Positions 50,084-63,941 of a stretch of DNA of 64,000 nt are shown piece by piece. Under the pieces are notes generated by a model that saw only the letters and a program-made list of their open reading frames with translations, did no database searches and was not told where the DNA came from. The stretch is from positions 36,939,988-37,003,987 of the forward strand of contig JASCQW010000130.1 in assembly GCA_030264375.1 (NCBI GenBank), written 5' to 3'. This DNA comes from Carcharhinus longimanus. Lineage: Eukaryota. The translations under genes and the position numbers were made by a program. Positions within the stretch are counted from its first letter, which is position 1. Each line of letters starts with the position of its first letter.

Positions 50084-53000
50084 CTAGCAAAAGAAAAAAC
50101 ACGTTGAAATATGAGGACTTTGGGACAGATTCATACAGACTCACTATTACTGCAGTCAGNNNNNNNNNNNNNNNNNNNNNNNNNNNNNNNNNNNNNNNNN
50201 NNNNNNNNNNNNNNNNNNNNNNNNNNNNNNNNNNNNNNNNNNNNNNNNNNNNNNNNNNNGTCAATGCTTTGATTACATAGAACTCAATATCATTTACAGC
50301 ACAGAAACAGATTATTCAGCTCTGCACATTTGGGTCAGTATTTACGTTTCACAGTGGCAACCTCCATCCTCCTTCATCCAATCCCGGTAACATATCCTTC
50401 AATTTCTTTCTCCCTCATGCATTTTATCCAACTTTTCCTTAAATGCAGCTTTGCCATTCACCTCAATTACACTTTCTTGTAACAATTCCATGTTATAACC
50501 ACTCTCCAGGAAACAAAATTTCTCCTGAATTTCCTATTGGATTTATTAATGACCATCTCATGTTTATGGTTTTTAATTCTGATCTCCCCATCAAGTGATG
50601 AAAACATTTTCTCTCTGACTACCTATCAAAGCTTTTCATGATCTTACAGACCTCTATCAAGTCAATCACAATCTTCCTTTTTTTAGAGCAAAGATGGGCA
50701 CTTCAGGTTGATTGGCCACGCTAAATTGTCCCTTTGGTGTATGGGTATAAAACTCTTTGCCACAGAAGGCTGTGGAGCCAGGTCTTTAAGTATTTTTAAG
50801 ACAAGATAGATGGGTTCTTGATTAATTAGGGGATCAGGGATTATGGGGAAAAGACAGGAGAATGGGGATGAGAAAAGTATCAGCCATGATTGAATGGCGG
50901 AGCAGACTCGATGGGCTAGGTGACCTAATTCTGCTCCTATGTCTTATGGTCTCATAAGTTAGGGGAATTATTGGGGTAAATATGTGGGGTTACGGGATAG
51001 GGCTGGGATAAGATGCTCTATTGAAGAATTGGTACAGACTCACTGGGCCAAATGACCTCCTTCGGCAGTGTAGGGATTCTATGATTCTACAATTCTAAAG
51101 AGCTCCAGCAAATTCAACCTCTCAGTTCTATTATTTCGGTAAGATAAAACTGTGGCTTCTCCAGTGGTTGATGAGTGGGACAGAACACCCAGAGATACAA
51201 CACCCAAGCTTCCCTATAAGAACATAAGAAATAGGAGCAGGAGTAGGCCATTCAGCCCCTCAAGCCTGTTCCATCATTCAATAAGATCATGGCTGATCTG
51301 ATGTGGCTTGAATGCCACTCTTCTGCCTGCACCCATTCCCATCCCAACAGCCCTTGATTCCCCCGACAATCAAAACTCTGTCCAACTCGGGCTGGGATAC
51401 ATTCAATGACCCAGCCTCCACTGCTCGCTGAGGGGATGGGTTGGGGTTGGAATTCCAAAAACTACCAACTCTCAGAGAAAAAAATTCCTTCTCATCTCTG
51501 TCTTAAATAGCAGACCAACTTAATCTGAAACTGTGTCCCATAAGATCTACTAATGAATCCAACAGGAAACTCAGGAGATACTTCTTGTCCCCAGAGAGTG
51601 GTGAGAATGTGGAACTGGCAAGAGAGTAACTTGGTCAGCTGAATTGCTGTGATGAATTTTAGGGAAAACTAGATTAGTGCATGAGAGGGAGAAAAGGGAT
51701 AGAAGGATACATTGATGGGTTAGGTAAAGAAGATGAGAGGAGGGTCAGATGGAGCATGGACAATGGCATGGACCAACTGGACTGTTTCTGTCCTGTAAAT
51801 TATCTCATTCTGTTTAACAGTGGTTAGAAATTCAGCAACATCTTAGTTTTGCACCAGCCTTGTACCCATCAGGAACGCAGTTATGGCCTTCCCACAGTCG
51901 GGTTTGAAGGGCCTGGGAAAGAAAGAGATGTTAATCCAGGTAGTCTGGGCTGGATATAAACCCAGGACAATTCACTCTCCCACTCGGCTGCCTTTCTGTA
52001 TTTACAAAGTAGCCTGGTAACATCCAGTGTCAGGAGATAGTTTCTGCAGAATTAAAAATTAATAAGTGATGTCTACGTGATATCGCATAGAAGACACGAT
52101 GGGCTGAATTTTCATGGAAGACTCCATGGAGGCGTGAAAATGACAATCAGAAGTCAATCCCAGGATTCCAAATTCTATTCCTGGGTTTCCAATTTTCAGA
52201 TGGTGCAGGCAGCTAAGGTCAGGACCCTACACTCCCAATTCAGTCTGCACCATAGAGGAGATAGGCAATTTTCATGGATTTGGGCCAACTAGTGAGAGCC
52301 CAGACATCCATTAGAGTGTTGAAACAACTGCACCACAAGGAAAACATTGATTGACAGTTCTAGCTCTCTGACCTAGACTGTCAATATACAATGTTTGTTC
52401 ATACACAATAATAAAGTTTCAAATATTTGCAGTTTCCACTTTTGATACTTTAAACAATCTGGATGATTGACACTTTTATCGGGCTGTAGTAAAAGTTTTA
52501 TTGTAAGAAAGTAGAAATTTTTGAATGAGCGGCTGTTGGCTGAAGCTTTTGTTTTAGACACATCCGATCGTTACTGTGGGGTTTATTGGTTCTATACAGA
52601 GTATATAATGGATAATGAGCATAGCAGTACCATAGCTTAGCATTCAGGGTATAAGAGGCCAAGGGAGTAGGGGTTGGAGTGTGGGGCATAAGTTGGGAAA
52701 GGTGTGAGGGAGCATATTGGGATGTGAGGGATCATGGCTACAGAACTATTTTCTGTTTGATTGTCCCAATTAAAATAAATACAAAGTCCCATAGCCTTTT
52801 AAACAGCCTTCCTTGGCATCCAAAAGCCGCTGTTGGTGTCTTTAAACTCTTTTTCAGGCCCAACTGCTGTTAGCACACTCCCCCAAAACGAAAATCCCAT
52901 CTTTGTTTGCACTTTGACACTAAGCTGGAAAATTTAGGTTGATTGTTTCTTGTTCTGGAACTCCCAACCAGAGGAAATAGTTTCTCTCTGTTTTACCCAT

Positions 53001-53288
53001 CAACTTCTTTAATCGTCTTAAACATCTGGATTAGTTTTCCCTTTAATCTTCCACACTCAACGGACTGCAAATGTTACAGAATCCCTCAAAGAAGCAACAG
53101 TGAGGACAGATAGAAGAGATATTGTGGAAGCAGTTAATAAGAATTTAAGCAAATAGGTTAGATAATGTGAACAAAATGATTCAGCAACAGTAATCATTGC
53201 TTGCAGCCACAAATAAAAATCAGAGAAATCACCAACAAAAGATGTCCCTTAGCCACACAATTTAGAGAGACAGTTTCTCTTTATTTAC

Positions 53289-53408
53289 CTGATGTTGGGC
53301 TCCATGTTATCTGATACTCGGTTGCTCCAATAGTAGTACCCCACACCACAGACACTGAGGAAGTGGTATATGTGGTTACTCTGAAGTTTGATACATAGCC
53401 AAGTGGAA
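53289..53408 (-). CDS. COL7A1: Collagen VII-like exon, FN3 N-terminal half (120 nt)
   Basis: ttgcAG|(I)PLGYVSNFRVTTYTTSSVSVVWGTTIGATEYQITWSPTS|GTAAAT; phase 1-1. Confidence 0.92.
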
Positions 53409-53832
53409 CTGCAATACAGAATAAGCCATCAGTTAATTCAATTCCCCAAATATTCTATGTCCTTCCCTGGTCCAAAAGGCACCGCCTCTTTCTGGGGTAT
53501 GGTTGTACCGATCATGTCTATTTGTGTAAGTGGTCATTGTGAATGTAAAAAGCAAGAATATCGCACTCCTGGGAGTTAGGTATCATAGACCAGCTACAGC
53601 CTGTACTCATCTAGTGTCCCCACATACTCCTTTACAGCACTATCATGAGTAGTGATCAGGAATGGAAAATCTTTTCCGTGGAAACATGAAGAACATGGCC
53701 CTGTCTACATCAATGGGGATGAAGTGGAAACNNNNNNNNNNNNNNNNNNNNNNNNNNNNNNNNNNNNNNNNNNNNNNNNNNNNNNNNNNNNNNNNNNNNN
53801 NNNNNNNNNNNNNNNNNNNNNNNNNNNNNNNG

Positions 53833-54130
53833 GATAACTTGAACCCATAATCCAGGCTGACACTCCAGTCAAGGACTGAAAGTGATGTACTGTCAGAGAT
53901 ACAGTCTTGAGGATGAAACATCTTGCCTCTCAGATGGATATAAAATATTCCATGGCACTGTTCAGTGTGGACAGGGAGATGGTTCCTCTTAGTCAAAATT
54001 CAACTCTAAACGTCACCATCTAAACAGATTACCCAATGATCACCCCATTGTTGTATGTGGGACCTTGATGCGTGTTCATTTAGCTGCATTTCCTCAGTTC
54101 AAATAGCATATGATTCAAAAGCACGTGATT
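53833..54130 (+). mobile_element. DeuSINE (SacSINE1-like) decayed copy
   Basis: ataatccaggctgacactccagt...gatggatataaaatattccatggcactgttc...; opposite orientation to 628-1015. Confidence 0.62.
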
Positions 54131-54778
54131 CAAGGGAAAAGTACCTTGTGGTGTTCAATGTTTGATTGCCTATGTTTGATTGAGTTGCTCCATTCTCCAA
54201 TCTATAACTGTATTAGATTGTTTGAGTCTGTGAGTGGAGCTGGAAAGTTAAGGAGACTGACACAGCTCCAGAAGGAAATGAGGTTTGAGCTGGGATCGTG
54301 CCTGTGTAGACAATCCCATAAGTTCTGAGATGTGTTAAGGTAGGATTAAGTGAAACTGTTGTAGATTTGGAACTAATGCCATCTCTACATTGCTGGCATC
54401 TTAGTCAATAATTCGTCCTCATGTAACAACATCTAAATAGATTACCCAATGATCATCTCATCGCTGTATATGGAACTTTAATGCGTGTAAAATTAAGTAT
54501 TTTTTCTTGTATTGTAACAGTATATGATTCAAAAGTGCATGATTCAAGGGAAAAGTGATTTGGAACCTTCTTGTTCTGTGTTTGGTCTATTTTCTGATGT
54601 TTAACTGTAGTTGATTGCTTAAGCCTGTGGGTGGAGCTAGAAAGCTAAGGACACTGACAGAGCTCCAGAAAGACCTGAGGCTCATGTCCGTGTGGACAAT
54701 CTTCTAAGTTCTGAGATATGTTAAAGCAGTATAAATTAAGCTTTGTATAATTGGAATTAATGTCATCCCTACATTGCT
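54017..54778. repeat. Diverged direct tandem duplication, unit starts ~413 bp apart
   Basis: 54017-54394 aligns colinearly with 54430-54778 (catctaaa.agattacccaatgatca..., atatgattcaaaag..gattcaagggaaaagt, gtggagct.gaaag.taagga.actgaca.agctccagaa, taagttctgagat.tgttaa, ctacattgct). Confidence 0.88.
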
Positions 54779-55387
54779 CTGAGAAAAACTGAGCGTGTAA
54801 CACATCGAGCAATCCAGCAAATATATAGCACTTAAGAGGTCATTGCATAGAAAATTCAAATTTGTTTTTCTTTCTTGAAGACTGCCATGGACCGCTGTAA
54901 GCTTTAGAAATAAAAATTGCAGGGACAGCTTTATAATAGTTCAGCTGTACTGTAGCCAGTGTGAAATGCATGTGAAGAAACATCACCCACCATCTCAAGA
55001 TGATATGAATGTAGAATTGTTCTCCATGTGGAAAATGATATTGCATGGAGGAAATTATCCCATAAAACTTTGGTTAATCTACACTCAAACTCAGCAAGAC
55101 ATTTTGGATGCATTTAAACTTGCAGTAGTCCTTAAACAAAAAATGATTTTTTTGATTTATTGCCAGGATGTTATCCCATCATAAATTCAACCAAACTCTG
55201 GAGCGATTGGTATTTTTATTAAAAACAGTACTTGCGATATATAAAGTCACTGAGAAAAATAATTGGACCCTGGTACTCGGGAGAAAAAGAAACATTCCAA
55301 TAACTCCCTCAGTTGTAAAGGACTTGGGACATATTTATGGCATGTAGCTAGTTTTTAGCAAAGAGAACACAGCTTGGACTTCCTCAA

Positions 55388-56422
55388 GATAAAAGCAAAA
55401 TACTGCGGATGCTGGAATCTGAAACAAAAACAGAAAATGATAGGTCCCCCTTTGCCTCACTTTTCACACCCGCAGTCTCCGCATTCAAAGGATCATCCTC
55501 CACCATTTCTGCCAACTTCAGCATGATGCCACAACTCAACGCATCTTCCGCTCATCCTCCCTGTCAGCATTCTGCAGGGACCATTCTCTCCGGGACACCC
55601 TGGTCCATTCCACCATCACACTTAACACCTCACCCCCTTGTCTGTGGCACTTTCGCATGGAATCATGGAAGGGGCAAAGCTGCTCCTTTACCTCCTGCCT
55701 GCTCGCCATCCCAGCTCCTAAACACCCCTTTTCAGGTGAAGCAGCGCTTCACATGCATCTCCAAATGTAGACTGGGTGAGCACCTTGCTCAACACTTGGT
55801 CTGTCCGCAGGCAGAACCCAGACCTTCCTGTCGCTTGCCACTTCAACTCACCACCCTGCTCTCCTGTCCACATGTCCGTCCTTGGTCTTCTGCAATGTTC
55901 TAGTGAACCCCAACGCAAACTGGAGGAACAGCATCTCATCTTCCGATTGGCCACTTTACAGCTTTCTGGACTGAACATTGAGCTCAACAACTTCAGAGCA
56001 TGGACCCTCCCCTCCACCTTCACCCCGTTTCCATTTATTTTCATTTTGTTTCATCCGAGTCATCCATTTTAAGATGTTCTTTTCTCACCTCCATTTCTCC
56101 ACTTTTGATTCCTGTTCTTTCTCTCGCACCCCGCCCCCCCACCTGCCATATTAGGCAGTCCTTTAACAATCTCTTCCTCTGTTCTGCCATTCACACATTC
56201 TGATTACTTAATGGACAGTTTTTAGCGCCTTCTCTAGCCTCATTTACATTCCCTTTGTCCTATTCAAACCACCCCCTGCCCTCCATAGTATAAATCTCCG
56301 CTGAATCTCATCGCTGTCAGCTCTGATGCAGGGTCATCTTGACTTGAAACGTTGGCTCGATTTTCTCTTCACCAATGCTGTCGGACCTGTTGAGATTTGT
56401 CAGCATTTTTTGTTCTTGTTTG
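55388..56422 (+). mobile_element. Penelope-like element remnant with GIY-YIG endonuclease C-terminus and inverted termini
   Basis: ORF 55776..56072 DLPVACHFNS...MSVLGLLQCSSEPQRKLEEQHLIFRLATLQLSGLNIE; flanked by inverted terminal segments (55388-55440 and ~56320-56422). Confidence 0.82.
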
Positions 56423-57265
56423 GACTTCCTCATGTTCTGAGAATCTGAATTTTTTTCCCCCAACTCCAAATTTAAATCTTATTGTGTGCGCCAACTTGAA
56501 ATCACTTGGGTAAAACACCAGTACTTGAGGATGCAAACCCAACATTCAAATCCCAACAACAGAGGAGAATTAACAGCTTAGGCAATGTATAAACTTCAGA
56601 CAAGCAAAGCTGAGGTGAGTATTTAACCACCAAACATGAGCACCTTTTGGTTAGTTAGTTAACTTAGCAATTTACATTTGAGTATTTATTTGTTTGTGTG
56701 CCGAAATTCTACCACCCTATCTGTTACAGAATTGGAGTGGGCGAGGAGCGGACACTGGAAATGTCTGTTGACCTCGGGTGGGATTTTCTGGCCTCGGGTT
56801 GAATGGGGTCATAAAGTCCAGCCCGTGATATCTATAAGGGATATCCCATTTAAGCTGGGGAAGTCACTTATAATGACTCACTGTTCAAGGATAGTCCCCA
56901 GGCATTGGACGGCAAAGCAGACAACTTTGATATGATGTAGGTCAAAACAGCACAATTATAAATGTGTTGTGTACTTCGTTCAGTATTTCCATCCTTTAAT
57001 ATTCAGTTCTGATAACTCATACAAATTTAGCTTGATTGGTTTTGAACTGCACATCAACAGGAAATGCATAGATAGAAACTTTGCATTTATTTGAGGTCTT
57101 CGGAAATGTCTTTATTTGAATAGGTTACCAATTCAAAGAAAGATACAAGATGGAAACTGGCAAATCTTACCAAACGCTGGCATTGCTGGGTTGTGATGGT
57201 AAACTGGACTGTAATATCAGCTTGGATAAAAGCAAATTACCGCGGATGCTGAAATCTGAAACCAA

Positions 57266-57484
57266 AAGAGAAAATGCTGGGAAATCTCAGCTGGTCTGGC
57301 AGCCTCTGTAAGGAGAGAAAAGAACTGATGTTTCGAGTCCAGATGACTCTTTGTCAAAGCTCAATGCTTTGCTCTGCAAAGCTTGTCAAAGCTGTGACAA
57401 GGGGTCATCTGGACTCAAAACATCAGTTCTTTTCTCTCCTTACAAATTTGCCAGACCTGCTGAGATTTCCCAGCATTTTCTCTT
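57266..57484. repeat. Palindrome of two inverted Penelope terminal repeats (~95-bp arms)
   Basis: 57266-57361 is the reverse complement of 57390-57484 with few mismatches; the 28-nt spacer holds gctttgc-tct-gcaaagc. Confidence 0.88.
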
Positions 57485-58334
57485 ATGGGGTAATATAACC
57501 TTGTAAAGTGACTTTCCTTCTGAATGTGGGATTGTACTGCATGTTTGCTCGAAACATCTTGATGACCCTTTTTAACTAATATTGGTTGGCTGTTCAATGA
57601 GAGCAGGAAGGAGACAAAAGAAAAATAAAGAAAAACAGAAAGCAAGCAAGGAAGAGTGAGAGGCAAAGAAATGTAAATGCAGAATTATAAGTTTGAATCA
57701 ATTCACCATCATACGCAGTAACTATGTCACCATGGTTGAAATGATGTTAATGCACACTGCTTGGTTGAGTCCTGAAAAATTCTCACTTGGTCCAGAAGGC
57801 AGCTGATGATCAGTGAATAACATCACAAGATAGATGTGAGTATGGAAGGCCTTTCAACCTGATTTCTTTTCTCATCTACGCAGGACAAGCCTTCTGTTTC
57901 CAGTCATTTCAGTTGTGGATATTAGTTGACCAGAAATGGAGGCAGAGAAGACAAGGAAGGGATAGAGTGATAGATAAATCTTGTGCAGGTTAGGGAAGGG
58001 TAGAATTTAGAAGCAAAGTCATGAAGTTTTCCAGTTTTGGGGCAAAAAGAGGAGACTGTACTGACACAATGATTATTCCACCGTAAAAAGAGAGCACATT
58101 TAGCACTCGTATAATGGATGTGCCACACATCTGGTTAAAAAGGTCTGAGTAAGTTTGCATAGCAGCACGTTTTTTATTTGGTAAAGCGAGTGGAGTCAAA
58201 ACAGAAGTTGTTCCAAGTCAGAACAAGTTCCACAAGGCAGTGGACACTGGCAGTGAATGGAAATCAGTTGGGTCTCCATTCAAAGAGGAAGTTGCCTCCC
58301 ATCCATTGACTTGGAAAAGCAGCCAGTATAATCA

Positions 58335-58630
58335 AGGACCCCACGCACCCCAGACATACTCTCTTCCACTTTTTTCAGTCAGGAAACATTTACAAAAGTC
58401 TGAGATCATGTACCAACCGACTTAAGAACAGCTTCTTCCCTGCCACCATCAGGCTTTTGAATGGAACTACCTTACATTAAGTTGATCTTTCTCTACACCC
58501 TAGTTATGACTTTAACACTATATTCTGCACCCTTTCCTTCTTCCCTATGTGCTCTACGAATGGTATGCTTTGTCTGAATAGCACACAAGAAACAATACTT
58601 TTCACTGCATCCCAATATTTGTGTAAATAA
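58335..58630 (+). mobile_element. Rex1/Babar-like LINE 3' tail
   Basis: aaaagtctgag.tcatg.accaaccga.t.aag.acagcttcttccctgc...; reverse complement of ~48480-48760. Confidence 0.75.
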
Positions 58631-60550
58631 TTTATAAAAAGAAAATCAATAAAAAATAAGTTAATGAGTATGAAGCAGTTTCTTTTTAGGGTACTTTTAG
58701 ATCACAGTTTTCTCAACTATGATCATGTTTGCTGGTTTCTTTCTCCTAGTTACAGATATTAAAACAGAAAGCTACATTTGGTCCTTTTTAATTTCTGGTT
58801 TACATCAACACAGGAATGAAACTGTGATAGTGGACAAGCATCATTTGGATTGGCAAAGAAAACAGACATGACAGTCAGGGCTTGTAGCATCTGAAACTCA
58901 GATGATTACAACAACCGAATGATGCACTGACCACTATCATCCAGTACACATACATAAAACCATTGCTATCCCAGGCTTCATTGGAAAGTCTTAGTTCTGA
59001 AGGTCCACATATCTCATGAAGATCCTAACAGTTCAATATTGATCTGTGTTATCAGTTCCACTGTCCTCCATGTTTCCAATTTAGATCCTAATAGCTTCCC
59101 CTGTTGTGCCCACATGACACTTTGTTTGGATTCTGACAAGTTAGAATGTTCCTTGCACCTTTGAGAAGAATTCTAACTGTTTATGTTTACAACTTGTGTC
59201 GCTCTCCTAGATTCTCCTGATTTCTGGATTTATCTCCAGGGCATTCCAATCTCTCTCCAGCGGAAGTCAGGAAATCTCCCAGCTAGGCACAAAAATGGGA
59301 TTTTCATTTTGTGGCAGGTACTAATAGGAGTTGGGCCCGCTGTACATGAATAGAGTTTGGACATACCCACAGGGGCTTCTGGATGCCAAGGTGAGCTGCT
59401 TAAAGGCTTAATTGAGTACTTAAGTATCTGACCAAGGTATTGGGTCTATGGTGTACCACAATCTCTCTCCAATATACGGATGAATGACCCACCATCTTAA
59501 CCTTTCTCCGATGTATCAGATGAACAGCCTATTTGCTTCCAATATTCTGATGGGTTGCACTGATTGTGTCTGCATGTGAGTCTAAGTAAGGAAATTCTGA
59601 AACAAAGTGAAGTAATCTGGCTCCATCAAATTCATTCTTGACCCATCCTTTGGCCCATCAAACCCATCCTTCCACAGTCCATACGTTCAACTATGGACCA
59701 CTCCATGCTTTTGATATTCTGCGAAAAGCTTCTGAAGGTGAATGAAGCAAAGCTCTAGAATATGCAGAGTTCAGAATTGTAACATGATCCTCAACAAGCA
59801 CGTATCTCAGCTAGAGTGCAGTGGAGTGGTAAAGATTGGGAGCTTCTACAGAGAAAGCGAGAGAAATCATAACAAATATAAAGCCCAGTGACCAAATTCA
59901 TAATGATCTAGAACAGGTTGGATTCTTCACTCCCACATGGCCCATGAAGATTGAGAGGGGGAGGAAGAAAATAGAAACATTGTTTAAAAATAGGCTACCA
60001 CAATGTAAGAATATACATCTTCATAATGCAATAGCAAGAATGGATGCAAAGCTTACTCTTTTCAATTTAACACATCTGGTGTGCTAAATAAAGTTTCATC
60101 TTTATTTATCCATTATGGACATATACTCCATCTTTTCAGAGTTTGGGTGGTCTCGAAAGAGGGAACTAAGCAATTCTTACTTATCCCACTGAGAGGAAAC
60201 CAGCTAGGAGTGGGACCAAAGTTCAAAGAGCCAACATAAGTACGATGGCATGAATGGCCTTCTATTTTGCATTATGATTCTAGGAGGTTGACAAGGTGAG
60301 AAATAAATAATGCCATTCTGATGTTTGAGATTGGAGTTGAGAGACACTGATGGGCGGAATACATCGAGTTAACTTCCCACACTGACCTTTATCTGACCTG
60401 GAAGTCATCCAAGACTTTCATAGGAAAGTGTTCCCAATAACATCTATAACATCTTTCTCAGAAGGATATTATCTTCATGGCACTTGGAAGGATCTCCCCA
60501 TTCCATGTTAACCTGTAAAGCAGTTAGAAAGTGTCGTCGGTGTCACTTAC

Positions 60551-60709
60551 TTGTCTTCACAGTTGTTGTTATCCCAGGGCCAACAACAGAATTGAAGACG
60601 ACATAAAGTGATAAGACGTATTCTGTATTGGAAGCCAGATGTTTGAGTTGATGTGATGTTGTGCTGCTGTTCACAGCTACTTGCCGGGGTCGGTCTCTCC
60701 CAGTGAACT
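60551..60709 (-). CDS. COL7A1: Collagen VII-like exon, FN3 C-terminal half (159 nt)
   Basis: accAG|(E)FTGRDRPRQVAVNSSTTSHQLKHLASNTEYVLSLYVVFNSVVGPGITTTVKT|GTAAGT; phase 1-1; L-x-x-x-T-E-Y motif. Confidence 0.92.
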
Positions 60710-60864
60710 CTGGTAACAAGGAAACAAAGTGTTAAAGCAAACATCGCCTATTGAACATTGCTGTTAACATAATAAGACCTTGGGGCTCAATTGAATTTTA
60801 ATTTCACCTGTTCTCAGAACATCTTGGAAAAGTTTCAGTTATTGCCCATCCCTAATTGCCCTGT

Positions 60865-61160
60865 GAAGTTTATTTATTAGGCTTACATTAACACTGCAAT
60901 GAAGTTACTGTGAAAATCCCCTAATTGCCACACGCTGGCACTTGTTCGGGTACACTGATGGGGAATTTAGCATGGCCAATGCACCTATCCAGCACATTGT
61001 TCAGACTGTGGGAGGAAACCGGAACACCCGGAGGAAACACATGCAGATACAGGGAGAATGTACAAACTCCACACAGACAGTGACCCAAGCTGGGAATCAA
61101 ACCCGGGTCCCTGGCGCTGTGAGGCAACAGTGTTAACCACTGTGCCACCGTGTCACCCTA
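60865..61160 (-). mobile_element. V-SINE (HE1-like), alternative tail type
   Basis: Head ggtgacacggtggcacagtggttaacactgttgcctcacagcgccagggacccgggtttgattccc, V-domain and ttcacagtaacttcattgcag tail. Confidence 0.82.
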
Positions 61161-61223
61161 AAGGTGCTGACCTTCTCCTTGAATGTCTACAGTTCTTGCG
61201 CTATAATAACTCCAGGAGTCAGG

Positions 61224-61454
61224 TGTAGCGGAACAGTGCTTTATTGTTCAAAAAAAAAGCAAAAACAACAAGCCTATGGTGAACACTACAGGTCCTAACT
61301 GGGCCAAGCAATAGCGGACTCAGTCAGGGGCCTGCTTTATACAGGGCTCAGTATACAAGCTCCACCAGGTTAGTTAATTGCTAATCATCAGGGAGCTCGT
61401 ATTCAACAGATCCTACAAGGAAGTCAATCAGTGATTCCTCAGGGGGTTATCACA
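61224..61454 (-). mobile_element. Possible short solo LTR
   Basis: Minus strand TGTGATAACCCC...TATAAAG...AATAAA...GCTACA; no matching TSD found. Confidence 0.4.
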
Positions 61455-62483
61455 TGCATCAGCCCCGGTTAGACTCTCTTGGGCTTCATGGCTCTGGCTT
61501 CTCTCAGGACCCCACTCCCTCTCAGATCCCCACTCCTTTACTCAGCCCCCTTCCTTTACTCAGCCCCCACTCCTTCACTCAAGCCCCCGCAACCCCGGCT
61601 CATTTGCCTGAGAGTTTAAATAAGTATTGCCAGCTTGTCCAATCGAAGGCTAATTTCTCAGTTCATTGGTTGTTGATAGGTTGACTTGTGCCTTGAAGGC
61701 AATTATGTCACTTTATTGGCTACTGAAAGGCCCACTAGTCAACCTATCAATAAACCAAGTGAAACAACTGTCTTCAATTGGTCAAGCTGGAAGGGCAGCT
61801 TTTCAAAAAAATTGAAATGGCTAGACCTACTACAGAATCCCTGGAGGAATCCTGCAGAACCCAGTCTGGGAAACACTGGCATATGGAACTACATGGAATA
61901 TGGAGCATGGAGACAGGCCATTCAACCCAACTAGTCTGTGCTGGTGTTCATTCTCCACATGTTTCCTCTTCAATTATCTCATCTTAACCATTCAGCGCAC
62001 ATTTCTATTTCCTTTCTCACCAATGTTCATCTTGTTTCTTTTTCGAAAGTATCTACACTATTTGCCTAAACCTCTTCTTGTGGTAGAAATTGCCCATTTT
62101 CTAAACACTTAGAGAAAAGGAATTTCTCTATATTTCCCCGTTTGATTTATTGGTCACTATTTTGCATTTGCAGCCCTTAGTTTAGGATTCTCCAACAATT
62201 GAAAACATTCCCTCAACATTTATCTAATTGTCCAATCCATTCATAATTTTAAGAGCCTCAACCAAGTCAAGAGCTCACCTGGCTGAGTCCAGTACCTAGG
62301 AATAGGCATCTGTCCAATCCTATGGGTGATATGGGGAACTACCGAGAGGACACAAGTACGGAAAGAGTGGTGCATCTCCACAATTAAAACAAAGCTAACA
62401 AACTTGCTGTTCTCAAATCAAGCCAATAACACAATTAAAATCAATGCTTTCCATGGCTCAATTCACAGCAATGTATCCAGTAC

Positions 62484-62603
62484 CTGGTGTAGGGCCCCAT
62501 GCCAATCTATATTCAGTAGCACCGGTGACAGCATTCCAGGTGATGACAGCACTGTTTGTAGTAATGGATGATGCTCGCAGAGTGTGGACAGAACTTGTCG
62601 CCA
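62484..62603 (-). CDS. COL7A1: Collagen VII-like exon, FN3 N-terminal half (120 nt)
   Basis: ttttcAG|(L)ATSSVHTLRASSITTNSAVITWNAVTGATEYRLAWGPTP|GTact; phase 1-1; FN3 W and Y-x-L motifs. Confidence 0.92.
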
Positions 62604-63941
62604 CTGAAAAAATACAGAAGCCAATAAGACAAAAAAGTAAAAGACATAGTTCTTACTTATTCATCAGTTAATACCTTGTGGAGGAGGCAGGAGGGATTTT
62701 ATGGATTCCACAAGTACAGGAAATGTCACGTATGGGATGACTTTAACTAGACAGGATGCAAAATTTCTATTTCCCAGTGGTGGCGGGTTGAGCTGCTGTG
62801 ATAAAGTCAGTGACATGTAAAAAAATTACATCACCATGTGGCGGGATCATACTTCAATACATTTGCATGCCCTGAATGCTCCAGAATATGAAACAGTTTT
62901 CAATAAAATCCAGCCTCCAAGATAAAAAAGTCAGTGTCACACGAGAATCTCCTAACATCTGGTTCAAGATCATTTAGAAGTGGTGTGTAGCTGTCAACAT
63001 TGTACAGTTGTATGCAAGATCAGCGCGTTTTTCTTGTTTAATTCTACAGCCTGGCACACAACAAAATTCCAACACTTTTCTCTACCTTCACCTGGTAATG
63101 GGCTTGGTCTGTGATTGGGGGCGGGGAAGTGATTTTTCTGGTCTGTGTATCTTTTAATTTTCACTTACACAGACTCCAAGAACAGGATCCATTCTGAATT
63201 CTTCTTGGAAAATATATCTCCATTGCCCAAGAGATTGGATACTGGCACTGTGACTGGGATTCTTCATATTACAGAGCTCCTGATCTTGGAAAAACTGTGA
63301 GGAAGCTGTTGCTATTCCTAATGACCAGTTCAAAAGGCCAGTTCAGTGCATCACTTGCCAACTAGACCACGTTTGGCCACTGGAAAACCTGATCCTCCAT
63401 CTAAGAACTTTTTCCAATGAAAGCTTGCAAACATGCCCACACAAGATTGCCACATGCACTTTGGACACATTCTACTGTGGATTCTTCGTTGTTATATAGC
63501 ACTGATATAGCAGCTTTAACATAGCAAAATGTACCAATGAACTCCACAAGAGTGAATATCAACCAACATGACAACTGGTCACAGGGCTATTCGGTGAAAG
63601 ATTAATTTTAAGAAGAGTCTGAAAGGAGAGAGATAGAGAAGTTTTGGGAGAGAATCCCAGAGATTAGGGCCCAGGCAGCTGAATGTGGGGTCAATTAAAA
63701 CTGGGAATGTGTAAGAGGCTTGAACTGGAGGTGCACAGGGACCTCAGAGGGAGATGACAGAGACAAGGAAGGCCGAGGTGAAGCCATGAAGGAATTTGAA
63801 AGCAAAGATGTAAATCTTTAAATTGTGGCACTGCTGGAATAGGGAGTCAACTGTAGGCCAACAAGCACAGGGATAAGCACAATGCGCAAAACTACAATTT
63901 CATTGTGTGCTGACAGAAGATGTAGTGCAAAAAGTACTTAC

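Noticed and set aside
56320-56360. Hammerhead-like motifs at 2868, 32437, 56320, 57335 and 57395
   Set aside because: Each has substitutions in the CUGANGA or GAAA catalytic core, so they are treated as decayed.
61080-61160. tRNA gene (also other SINE heads)
   Set aside because: A/B-box-like sequence is the head of a V-SINE and runs straight into the V-domain; no complete cloverleaf.
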